From contig NW_019218145.1 in assembly GCF_002571385.2 (NCBI RefSeq), forward strand, positions 3,032 through 67,031: a stretch of DNA of 64,000 nucleotides, read 5' to 3'. This document shows, piece by piece, positions 1 to 11,800 of this stretch. The translations under genes were made by a program, and so were the position numbers. This stretch comes from Stylophora pistillata (Eukaryota). Every line of letters starts with the position of its first letter. Positions within the stretch are counted from its first letter, which is position 1. Under the pieces are notes generated by a model, which was not told the DNA's origin, did no database searches, and saw only the letters and a program-made list of their open reading frames with translations.

Positions 1-63
1 AACCCTCGACCTCCCGCACAACACAATCCGGCGCTCTAACCAATTGAGCTAACCGGGAGGCGG
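1..63 (-). mobile_element. tRNA-derived SINE head (or tRNA-like fragment), cut by the window edge
   Basis: The minus strand reads CCGCCTCCCGGTTAGCTCAATTGGTTAGAGCGCCGGATTGTGTTGTGCGGGAGGTCGAGGGTT. This has a Pol III A-box-like TAGCTCAATTGG and runs into a B-box-like GGGTT at the edge. A complete cloverleaf cannot be seen. Confidence 0.55.
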
Positions 64-943
64 TTTCCACCCAAATGAGGCCCTCCCCTCTATCCTATCC
101 CCAAAAAACGAAGCCCATAACATATTTCTCTCAATATTACCTTTAACTTTCAAAGTAAAGAAAGCCACGGTGCTAGCAGGATAATAGGTAACTTTTCAAG
201 CGAACAAAATTTAATCAGCTAGATTTATTTTCTTCTATCTTATGGATATTAGAAGCTTACACAATTCTATTCATTACTCTAAACTACAAAGAATCACTAT
301 TTAGGTTCTTGATAATTCAACGGTATTATTTTTAACGAGTTCTAGTAAAAACAGACTTGAAAACATTTTCCCCCGACGAGAAAAAATAAATGTCCTGAGA
401 CATTATGGTTATCTGCTATGGCAATAACATACGATCCTATGACTTTGGCAAACTATAAGATATTGAGAACTCTTTGAGAGGTCTGGGTCAGCTTATGAGG
501 TAATTTCGTTTGTGTCTGTTTTATGAAAAGGCTTTACTTCAAATTGATAGAGCAGCCATTTTTCTTTAACATAATTAACACGACCATTTAGAATCAAATT
601 AAGGATAACCTTCAAGAATATTAGAAACGCTCACATTGATACAAACTTATTTATGCTGTTCGTTACCTAATGAACCTTTTCATGAAAACGCCTTGTCACC
701 ACAGTATAATATATCTGGTGAAAAGTTTGAAATACAAAAGATTAAGACTAATATAATGTAATAAAGAAATGTTCATTTCTCTTCAGCTCAACATTTAAAT
801 CATGTTTTGGAAGATAAGTCAAGTCAGCCTAAATTTAACGTCATTCTATGTGGCAAAGGTGTGCGAGCAGTATAGGTAGCTTAGCTTTGTTTAAATGCAT
901 TTTAGTTGCACTGTGAACACTTCATGACAGCCAGGAGCAGTGA

Positions 944-3900
944 TCATGTTCCAACAAACCGTTCTCATTCTTCCAAAACTTCTGTGGCCAGTCTGAACGC
1001 TTGCTCTGCTTGCCAAAAATCTTGGAAAACCTCAGCAGGCACGTTAGGGGGCGTGTGCGCGTTAGGATATCGAGTGCTCAAGTAATAGTTGGACAGCCTG
1101 GCTACTTTCAGTATCACATCTGGAGCTCCAGGAAGCAGTGAAAGACCATGGGCCAATAGAACCAAGTCGTGAGAGTACAACTGCCTGTCCGCAACTCCTG
1201 ATATAGAGAAAAGAGCTGCTTTGAGAGATTTCTCCGCAATTTGATGACTCTGGAAGCAGACAAGGTAATGAAGTGGATGTTGGGCAGTCAAGAGAAGTTA
1301 TACTGAGCGCAGGTCTTCTTTGCTCTGACGAATCCACATCTTCGCTACGCATGGATTAGGTGCCTTGTAGGTCCTTCTCGAGGGTGATGCGAAACCTGTA
1401 AATCGTGGGTTGTGGTGGCTGTAGTTTTCGTAGCTTGAGCGCTGTCGTCGAGCTCTTTTATTCCATTGCGTGAAGGAGTCCGAAAAATCTGGTGGTGAGC
1501 GTCTTGCACAGTCTTCATCGTGGCTTGGCCACTTGCCTTTTGATAACCTTTCGACCTCATTTTTTAAAAACTTTATGACTTCATTTGCAATGTCCTGCAT
1601 GTCCATGTTTTTGTCTGGATGCCATCGAAGGTATAGTCGCCTAATCGCTTTCTTTCTTTTTTCTTCCGGAAGCTTCCAAATTTCTGCAAGAGCTTCTTTG
1701 ACTTCTCTTATGGCGGCGTCCAAGTCTCTAGGCTTTGGTGGGTCGTTCGTTTCTTGGGAAGACGTGGACGATTCTGCTTCTTCCTGTTCAGTACTTTGTC
1801 TACCAGCTCCTTCGTAAGGAACAAGGTCCATCATTTGTGAAGCGGACTCTCCTACTACTTCGTCTACGTTCTCGTGAACCTTGGGCGGTCTTCTCATCTT
1901 GTATAAATCCAATACATCGACATCTTTTTTTTCATGGCCAACGTCTATCATATATCTGCTGTCTAGCTCGGTGCTTTCTTCTCTCGGCTCTCTTATTGTG
2001 TTGTCCTCTCTTGGTTTAGTTTTACTTGCGAGCTTGTTCACGATTTTTGCATAGATGTACTTGGGATCATCCTCTGTTGAGTCTTCTTTTTCTAATGCAA
2101 CAATTTCTCCATTTCGAAAGTAGAAGTCCGCGTACTGAACGAGGAGGTGATGAAACTCTACGGGCACTTCTGTTCCAAGATCAGGGTTCGAACTGTGCGT
2201 ATCAGCTGCCTCCCCATCCTCGGATACTCCGGCGTAGTCCAATATCAACGAAATGTGTCCAGCGGACTAACATTCTACAATACGACCCAAATCCAACCAG
2301 CTTTCGATGTCGATGTAGCATCCTGTCAGTTGGTTTATCTCTCTTCATACTAGCGCGCGAACCTAACGAGGTTGAGCACGATGATTAATGAAAATGTGCT
2401 TTCCACCGAGTTCATCCCTATCCACAACACAGTCTATATTTGATCTTTGGCTGCCTGGAATTGGCATATTCGACTTGTTGTCAACAAGCTCAGTGGACAG
2501 CTCCGCCATGCAACTGATTCGTAGTTCTTTCTGAAAACTGCGAACTTTGTTTTGGACCGCCTCTGTTAGTTTGGCTTTCTGATAGTGAGTCTTGAATATC
2601 CGGATGATGCCATCAACGAGGTGAGTGGAAAACAATATGTCACGGAGACGGTTAGTCTCACGACACGTGTTTTCTACGTCAGCAGAGCACTTCTTGTCCT
2701 TGCATTCTGGGTGAAGCTCTTCTCTTAGGAGCACTCTTAAGGATGGGATCTTTAGGTGAGCTGGCAGAAGGTCCGCAATTTGCCGTGGGGTAGCAAACCT
2801 TAAATTATATCTCTCGAGTATATCGAGGGGCTCATACATGGCAGTTGGTATACGATGTTGGAACTGAGGACAATCAAACAGAACCAGGTCAACAGATTTA
2901 GTGAGCTTTTGCTCTTTCCTTGGAAGGTACAGACGTTCGATCTCAGAGAGGGGATTGGGAGACTCGCCTTCATTGTGATCGTATATGGCTTTTAGAGTAG
3001 AAAAGAGGCCGTATACTGCGTGGTTTGCAATATTAGCTTCATTAGGGAGCATTTTCTGGTCTCGGCATGAGGCTTGAAGTCTACATAGTAGTTTTGCCAA
3101 CTGTACAGGTGTGGCTTCCTATTCAGCTCCTAGGCGTTTGAACAAGTGCTCAAAAGGGCCGTATTCTCTAGGAACTTCATACATATACGGTGCTAGTTGC
3201 TCATTAAGCTGGAAAGCTAGTTGATCTCCACGGACAAATACGCGGCCATCTTCAACCAAAATACAAGAGTTGTCACACAATAGATTTCCGATTTCAAGAC
3301 AGACTTGCGAGCAAGAATCAAGAGAGTCCATTTCCTGGCATTTACTTACATGTTGAAGGAAAGTGTACACCTCAGTCATTATAGCTACCAGAAGGGGACG
3401 TTTGGGCTGTGGCATTTCTCTATCAACGTCCTTTAGAAGATTTTTCGTGAGGTTGGTAACGTGACTGATGACTTGATAGAGCGAGGGATTTGGAAGAACT
3501 CCTAGGGCTTTAAGCTTTGGCTTTTGAGCACCTGGGACTGCCCAGGATGGTAGAAGGTGTGCAGTCGTCCACGCAAGTCTTTCATGGATGTCTGGTATTG
3601 AACCCTGGAAGTGAACAAATGGAATAATTCCATATTGGGCTTCGTTTGAACATGGGAATTGCTTATGAAGAGAAAGAAGACCTTCTGGGGCTTTTGAAGG
3701 TGCCACGAACTTTATCATCGATAGTTGTTGTAAATACACCACATCATCAAAAGGTGCTTCATTCAGAAGATGGGTTACGAGAGTTTTGGATTTTTTTTCC
3801 AAAATACTGCGGGTTTTCCTTTCCTCTACTTATTGGGCCTCCTAAGCCAACTCCTTTGCAAACGCCATGAACTGCTCTTTTCCAACTTTTTGCTTTAATC

Positions 3901-5806
3901 CAATTTTTCGAAGGAGATCAAGCCAGCCGGATTCTTCGTTAAACGGCTCTGGAGGCTTTGCTTCGGTGGGTAACATGACTGCAAAAACTTCCACGGGGGG
4001 GTCATAAAAATACGAAGAAGTTTGCACTGTGCCATTGATATCTGGAATAAATTCTAAAGTTCTAAGTGACTGTAGGACTCTAGAGTGTTGATACTCATCA
4101 GAAAAGGGTGCCAGTAGGAATTGCCGAACATAGTTGAGATGAAGCATTCGAGTTTATTGGGTAAGATCTGGAAACTTTGGGAAAATGAAGTCGATGTAGC
4201 AATCGGTATGTGTGCCAGTGCCGATATTCATAACTTCGTTGTACAATTGGTTCAGCCTAGGTTCAGATGCTAAGAAAACACAGTTGTTTTCTCTCATCCA
4301 AACATCGCACTCGTTGGTTGGTAACCCCGCCGGTATAACATATACTGATCCAGCATTGGCAAGGCCAACAAGTTTTCCATGAAAAGTCTTGAAAAATGGC
4401 AATCGCCTCAAAATGGAAATCGATACCTGATCCTGTTTAAGAGACTCAACATCGTGCTGGAAGAACTGTAGCAAGGAGAGAATTTCATCCTCAGAAAGAC
4501 AACCAGTGATATCAACCTCGCCAATCATGTGGTCTAGCACCTTGAGAATGTCTTGCGATGAATTGGGGTACGAAAGGTGCTGTTTGAGTATTGGCGACAG
4601 ATCCCATCTTCCATCATTGCAGAGAAGATCGACATCCACTTCGGGTCATCTTAACTTCCTCAACAATGCAACGACAGTTTTTTGGCCGCATGACCAAGAG
4701 TCAGAGGTTGTCAAGTCAAAAATGACTTTACTTTTTGAAATTGGGGCCAATTCCTTCAATTTGGTAGGGATAATGGGCCATTTGTGCAGTGGAGTTAGCG
4801 AAAAAGTTTCTGGCTCCTTTTCGTTAGTGATGTACAGAAACTCCCACAAATGCTTGAGCCATTGCTTTGAAGGCCCGTTCTCCATATCCCAGGGAACGAG
4901 ACTGTTGGTTTCACACCATCGGCCTTTCACAGTACTCGGAAGTAGCGAGGCTAATGCACAGATGTGGAATTTTTTGAGAACTCCTTGATCCCCATTACAC
5001 ATTTCTTTTTGGAATCGAAATAACGGTGTGGCGAGTGCGTGCTGGACGAACCTAGCGCGTTGATTTGGTATCAAATCTGCAAAAAGGCTTAGAAATACTT
5101 GNTTATCCCTTTGAAATNGCCTAAGAACATCGTCTTCTGTCAATAGTAAAGGGATTCCAAATATCTGTTTTGGAAAATTAGGGGCTTTCATACAGTACAT
5201 GAGGAGGAGGAGTACATTATGCACAGAACCAACCGTCGTCTCACTTACAGGGCAGGGTAGTATACCCACGGAATTTGGATTCCCTCCAAGGAAGTTAATA
5301 ACTCCTTCAGGTGTGATTTCTCTAACATTTGCTCCTGCTGTTTTGAAGTTGCCGAAGATTTTGTTGGAAGAGTAAACAAGTTTGAAGCCAATGTTGAGGA
5401 GAACGTTTGAAAGTTCTCTGGCCCATTCATCAATCAAGGACAACGTGTTGAAATATCCTTGAGAAGGAGACACCCAAAAACAACGTATGGCTTCTTTACA
5501 GTCAAAATCACTTTTGGTGGCCTGAGCATAATTAGGGGGTTGAATGCTTTCTGCAGCTTCATCAGTTTGGGTAGTCGGTGAATTTTTATCAGGAGGTCTC
5601 TTTATCAGCGGCAATAACTTTGCATCATCGTAGCAAATCTTGTTGAAGACAGCTTTTGCTAGATCTCGCCACTGGCTCTGGACATTTTCATAATGCGGAA
5701 AGAGATTATGATACCATCGCATTCCCTCATGAACCTTGAATCCTTTGGAGAAGCTAGTGGTGTCCCCGTTTTTGGAGCCAGGAAGATAACCTCGTGCCAC
5801 CAACAT
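944..5806 (-). pseudogene. SACS-like: Decayed duplicate of the 3' part of the sacsin-like gene (end of SRR3, J domain, HEPN domain)
   Basis: 1280-5806 is colinear with 5808-10334 at a constant 4528-bp offset. Seven ORF fragments are all in one frame, separated by stops at about 4646, 4154, 3842, 3830, 3119, 2363, 2345, 2267, 1298 and 965. It contains the J-domain motif [10 protein letters not shown] and a sacsin-type HEPN (CFQSHQIAEKSLKAAL...HDL...YYLSTRYP). The probable original stop is TGA at 944-946. Confidence 0.85.
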
Positions 5807-5807
5807 N

Positions 5808-8800
5808 TTGGGCAGTCAAGAGAAGTTCTACTGAGCGCAGGTCTTCTTTGCTCTGACGAATCCACATCTTCGCTACGCATGGATTAGGTGCCTTGTAGGT
5901 CCTTCTCGAGCGTGATGCGAAACCTGTAAATCGTGGGTTGTGGTGGCTGTAGTTTTCGTAGCTTGAGCGCTGTCGTCGAGCTCTTTTATTCCATTGCGTG
6001 AAGGAGTCCGAAAAATCTGATGGTTGGCGTCTTGCACAGTCTTCATCGTGGCTTGGCAACTTTCCTTTTGATAACCTTTCGACCTCATTTTGTAAATACT
6101 TTATGACTTTATTTGCAATGTCCTGCATGTCCATGTTTTTGTCTGGATGCCATCGAAGGTATAGTCGCCTAATTGCTTTCTTTCTTTTTTCTTCCGGAAG
6201 CTTCCAAATTTCTGCAAGAGCTTCTTTGACTTCTCTTATGGCGGCGTCCAAGTCTTTAGGCTTTGGTGGGTCGTTCGTTTCTTGGGAAGACGTGGGCGAT
6301 TCTGCTTCTTCCTGTTCAGTACTTTGTCTACCAGCTCCTTCGTAAGGAACAAGGTCCATTATTTGTGAAGTGGACTCTCCTACCACTTCGTCGACGTTCT
6401 CGTGAACCTTTGGCGGTCTTCTCATCTTGTATAAATCCAATACATCGACCTCTTTTTTTTCATGGCCAACGTCTATAAGATATCTGCTGTCTAGCTCGGT
6501 ACTTTCTCCTCTCGGCTCTCTTATTGTGTTGTCCTCTTTGGGTTTAGTTTTACTTGTCAGCTTGTTCACGATTTTTGCATAGATGTACTTGGGATCATCC
6601 TCTGTTGAGTCTTCTTTTTCGAATGCAACAACTTCTCCATTTCGAAAGTAGAAGTCATCGTACTGAACGAGGAGGTGATGAAACTCTACGGGCACTTCTG
6701 TGCCAAGATCAGGGTTCGAACTTTGCGTATCAGCTGCCTCCACATCCTCAGATACTCCGGCGTCGTCCAATATCAAAGAAATGTGTCCAGCGGACTCACA
6801 TTCTAAAATACGACCCAAATACAACCAGCTTTCACTGTCGATGTAGCATCCTGTCAGTTGGTTTATCTCTCTGCATATTACCACGCGCACGTCACTAGGT
6901 TTAGCACAATGATTTATGAAAATGTGCTTTGTACCGAGTTCATCCCTATCCACCACACAATCCCTATTTGATTTCTGGCTCTCTGGAATTGGCATATTTG
7001 ACTTGTTGTCAACAAGCTCAGTGGACAGCTCCGCCATGCAACTGATTCGTAGTTCTTTCTGAAAACTGCGAACTTTGTTTTGGACCGCCTCTGTTAGTTT
7101 GGCTTTCTGATATTGATTCTTTAATATCCGTATGATGCCATCAACGAGGTGAGTGGAAAACAATATGTCACGGAGGCGATTAGTCACATGACATGTCTCT
7201 TCTATGTCAGCAGGGCACTTCTTGTCCTTGCATTCTGGGTGAAGCTCTTCTCTTATGAGCACTCGTAAGGATGGAATCTTTAGGTGAGCTGGCAGAAGGT
7301 CAGCAATTTGTCGCGGGGTAGCAAACTTTAAATTATATCTCTCGAGTCTATCGAGGGGCTCATACATGGAAGTTGGTATACGATTTTGGAACTGAGGACA
7401 ATCAAACAGAACCAGGTCGACAGATTTCTTGAGCTTTTGCTCCTCGCTTGGAAGGTACAGACGTTCGATCTCAGAGAGAGGATTGACAGACTCACCTCCA
7501 TTGCGATCGTGTAGGGCTTTTAGAGTAGAAAAGAGGCCGTATACTGCGTGTTTTGCAATATTAGCTTCATTGGGAAGCATTTTCTTGTCTAGGCATGAGG
7601 CTTGAAGTCTACATAGTAGTTTTGCAAACTGTACAGGTGTGGCTTCCTCTTCAGCTCCGAGGCGTTTGAACAAGTGCTCAAAAGGGCCGTATTCTCTCGG
7701 AACTTCATACATATACGGTGCTAGTTGCTCAATAAGGTGGAAAGCTAGTTGGTCTCCACGGACAAATACGCGGCCATCTTCAACCAAAATACAAGCATTG
7801 TCAGACAATCGATTTCCAATTTCAAGACACACTTGCGAGCAAGAATCAAGAGAGTCCCTTTCCTGGCAGTTACTTACGTGTTGAAGGAAAGTGTACACCT
7901 CAGTCATGATAGCTCCCAGAAGGCGACGTTTGGGCTGTGGCATTTCTCTATCAACGTCCTTTAGAAGATTTCTCGTGAGTTTGGTAACGTGACTGATGAC
8001 TTGATCGAGCGAGGGATTTGGAAGAATTCCGAGGGCTTTAAGCTTTGGCTTTTGAGCACCTGGGACTGCCCAGTATGGTAGAAGGTGTGCAGTCGTCCAC
8101 GCAAGTCTTTCATGGATGTCTGGTATTGAACCCTGGAAGTGAACAAATGGAATAATTCCATATTGGGCTTCGTTTGAACATGGGAACTGCTTATGAAGAG
8201 AAAGTAGGTCTTCTGGGGCTTTTGAAGGTGCCACGAACTTGATCGTCGAGAGTTGTTGTAAATACACTACATCATAAAAAGGTGCTTCATTCAGAAGATG
8301 GGTTACGAGAGTTTTAGACTTTTTTTCCAAAATACTGCGGGTTTTCATTTCCTCTACTTGTTGGGCCTCCTCAGCCAATTCCTTTACAAAGTCCATGAAC
8401 TGCTCTTTGCCAACTTTTTGCTTTAATCCAATTTTTCGAAGGAGATCAAGCCAACCGGATTCTTCGTTAAACGGTTCTGGAGGCTTTGCTTCAGTAGGTA
8501 ACATGACTGCAAAAACTTCCACGTGTGGGTCATAAAAATACGAAGCAGTTTGCACTGTTCCATTGACATCTGGAATAAATTCTAAAATTGTAAGTGACTG
8601 TAGGACTCTAGAGTGTTGATGCTCATCAGAAAAGGGTGTCAGTAGGAATTGCCGAACGTAGTTGAGATGAAGCATTCGAGTTTGTTGGGTAAGATCTGGA
8701 AACTTTGGGAAAATGAAGTTGATGTAGCAATCTGTATGTGTGCCAGTCCTGATATTCATAACTTCATTGTACAATTGGTTCAGCCTAGGTTCAGATGCTA

Positions 8801-11800
8801 AGAAAACACAGTTGTTTTCTCTCATCCAAACATCGCACTCGTTGGTTGGTAGCCCCGCCGGTATAACATATACCGATCCAGCATTGGCAAGACAAACAAG
8901 TTTTCCATGAAGAGTCTTAAAAAATGGCAATCGCCTCAAAATGGAAGTCGATACTTGATCCTGTTTAAGAGACTCAACATCGTGCTGGAAGAACTGCAGC
9001 AAAGAGAGAATTTCATCCTCAGAAAGACAACCAGTGATATCAACCTCGCCAATCATGTGGTCTAGCACCTTGAGAATGTCTTGCGATGAGTTGGGGTACG
9101 AAAGGTGCTGTTTGAGAATTGGCGACAGATCCCATCTTCCACCATTGCTGAGTAGATGGATATCCACTTCGGGGCATCTTAACTTCCTCAACAATGCGAC
9201 GACAGTTTTTTGGCTGCATGACCAGGAATCAGAGGTTGTCAAGTCAAAAATGACTTTGCCTTTTGAAATTGGGGCTAATTCCTTCAATTTGGTAGGGAGA
9301 ATGGGCCATTTATGCAGTGGAGTTAGGGAAAAAGTGTCTGGCTCCTTTTCGTTAGTGCTGCACAGAAACTCCCACAAACGCTTTAGCCATTGCTTGGAAG
9401 GCCCGTTCTCCAGATCCCATGGAACGAGACTGTTGGTTTCACACCATCTGCCTTTCACAGTACTCGGAAGGAGCGAGGCTAATGCACAGATGTTGAATTT
9501 TTTGAGAACTCCTTGATCCCCATCAAATATTTCTTTTTGGAATCGAAGTAACGGTGTGGCGAGTGTGTGCTGGATGAACCTAGCGCGTTGATTTGGTATC
9601 AAATCTGCAAAATGGCTTAGAAATACTTGATTATCCCTTTGAAATCGCCTAAGAACATCGTCTTCTGTCAATAGTAAAGGGATTCCAAATATCTGTTTTG
9701 GAAAATTAGGGGCTTTCATACAGTACATGAGGAGGAGGAGTACATTATGCACAGAACCAACCGTCGTCTCACTTACAGGGCAGGGTAGTATACCCACGGA
9801 ATTTGGATTCCCTCCAAGGAAGTTAATAACTCCTTCAGGTGTGATTTCTCTAACATTTGCTCCTGCTGTTTTGAAGTTGCCGAAGATTTTGTTGGAAGAG
9901 TAAACAAGTTTGAAGCCAATGTTGAGGAGAACGTTTGAAAGTTCTCTGGCCCATTCATCAATCAAGGACAACGTGTTGAAATATCCTTGAGAAGGAGACA
10001 CCCAAAAACAACGTATGGCTTCTTTACAGTCAAAATCACTTTTGGTGGCCTGAGCATAATTAGGGGGTTGAATGCTTTCTGCAGCTTCATCAGTTTGGGT
10101 AGTCGGTGAATTTTTATCAGGAGGTCTCTTTATCAGCGGCAATAACTTTGCATCATCGTAGCAAATCTTGTTGAAGACAGCTTTTGCTAGATCTCGCCAC
10201 TGGCTCTGGACATTTTCATAATGCGGAAAGAGATTATGATACCATCGCATTCCCTCATGAACCTCGAATTCTTTGGAGAAGCTAGTGATGTTTCCGTTTT
10301 TGGAGCCGGGAAGATAACCTCGTGCCACCAACATCAGCGAGATATAAGCTTGTGCTAGAACTTTGCAGTTTACAAAATGATTCCATTGGCTTGCAAATCC
10401 TTCGCCCTTTTCATCGCTCCATAAATTTCGACGGGCGGAATCTAAAAAGAAATGCCCATTTACATGAACTGGAAGTCCTGTGGGAACTGGCAACGGCAGG
10501 AAGCAGAAAGCTTTGTGGGTTGGTCCACGTACTACGTGGGAAGGAAATGTTGACTTTTCCCACACTTTGGCTGCTATTCCGGCGCGGGGTAGGAGACCAT
10601 AGTCTCGACCGTTAGGAATCGCTTCACCATCACTTTTCTGGATTCCAATGCACTGATGAATAAGCCATTTTGCTTGTCGTACTCTGGCTTCTTGAACATA
10701 AAGAGGGTACGTGATTCCATACCATTGAATTTCATTTGTAATAAGGAACTTACACTTCTTGATATGATTTGCAAGCTTCAGGCGTTCCGCATCATCTTCT
10801 TGTGTTATCTGTACAGAAACTGAGTGTATTTCTTTCAGCTGATCGTCTTTAATTTCAGACAGTGATATTTTCTTAACATGGTTCAAAAAAAGGATAATCT
10901 CTCTTGCTTCAAGGGCCAAGTGGTTCATAAAGGCGCTCATTTGTGTGCAGGAGATCCGCTGTTCTGATATCAATGACTCTGTGCACGTACTTTGGAGTCT
11001 GAGAGGAAAGCGAAACATAGTTGAGGATTTTAAATCAAATATGTCTTCCAGGTAACAAGGAAATACGTCCCTGAAATCGGATCGTTCTTCTTCACCAATT
11101 GGTTCTATGAGACGTCCAGGATTCTCCTTGTCTGCTCCGGGAGCGTAGCGACAGTGAGGGTCGAGAATGCAGAGCGTGTCTCCATTCGAGATGAAGCTTG
11201 GACAGTCTGTTAAGTGGTATACGGCGTTGAAGCCAATACCATACTGTCCTGTCTTGGTAGGATCGTCTGTTTTGCTTCCAATTCCCAGTCTTTGTATCCC
11301 CTCTACATCCTTTTCGGAAAACGGTCTGTTGTTGTAAACACACAGGGCAGGACCTTGCAATTCTTTCCAGTTGTTACTTAAGAGCTGCTCGGTGTTGTGG
11401 TAGCGAGGGTCAAAAATGAAGTGTACCTCGGTGGCCCCTGCATCATCAGCGTTCTGAACAAGTTCCTTAAGGACTCCAACATCGCACGGATATGCTTTCA
11501 AAATTCCCTTTAAACGGTCAGTAAGCTCTTCTCGCTGTCCAAATTCACGTCCGATTGGGCGAGATATTCTGTCTAGTTTCTTTGTACGAATATCAATTGC
11601 TCCAAGCCTGTGTGCAAGGTCAATTGACAGGTCTTTGTGAACATATTCGATACCACTCCTAGCAGCCACCCATGGCGCATCATTAATGGCTAACCGCTCA
11701 GCTGGCTGTAAACTTAGATTGTGGTCTGGCAGAGGAATCTTTCCTCTTTCTTTCTCAAGTGAGTTCTCTGATGCTCTCGATATCTCCTCGATCAACGCTT

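Noticed and set aside
1040-1075. RYPNAH in the sacsin HEPN resembles an R-x4-H RNase motif
   Set aside because: In sacsin-type HEPNs the conserved element is RYP, so the His is probably coincidental. This copy is also a pseudogene.
944-5806. Alternative genetic code or programmed readthrough explaining the in-frame stops
   Set aside because: All three stop types occur and replace different amino acids, and neighbouring genes use standard stops.
1470-9961. Paired antisense or alternate-frame ORFs (1470/5998, 4506/9034, 5245/9773 and others)
   Set aside because: They are shadows of the sacsin CDS and are repeated only because of the duplication.
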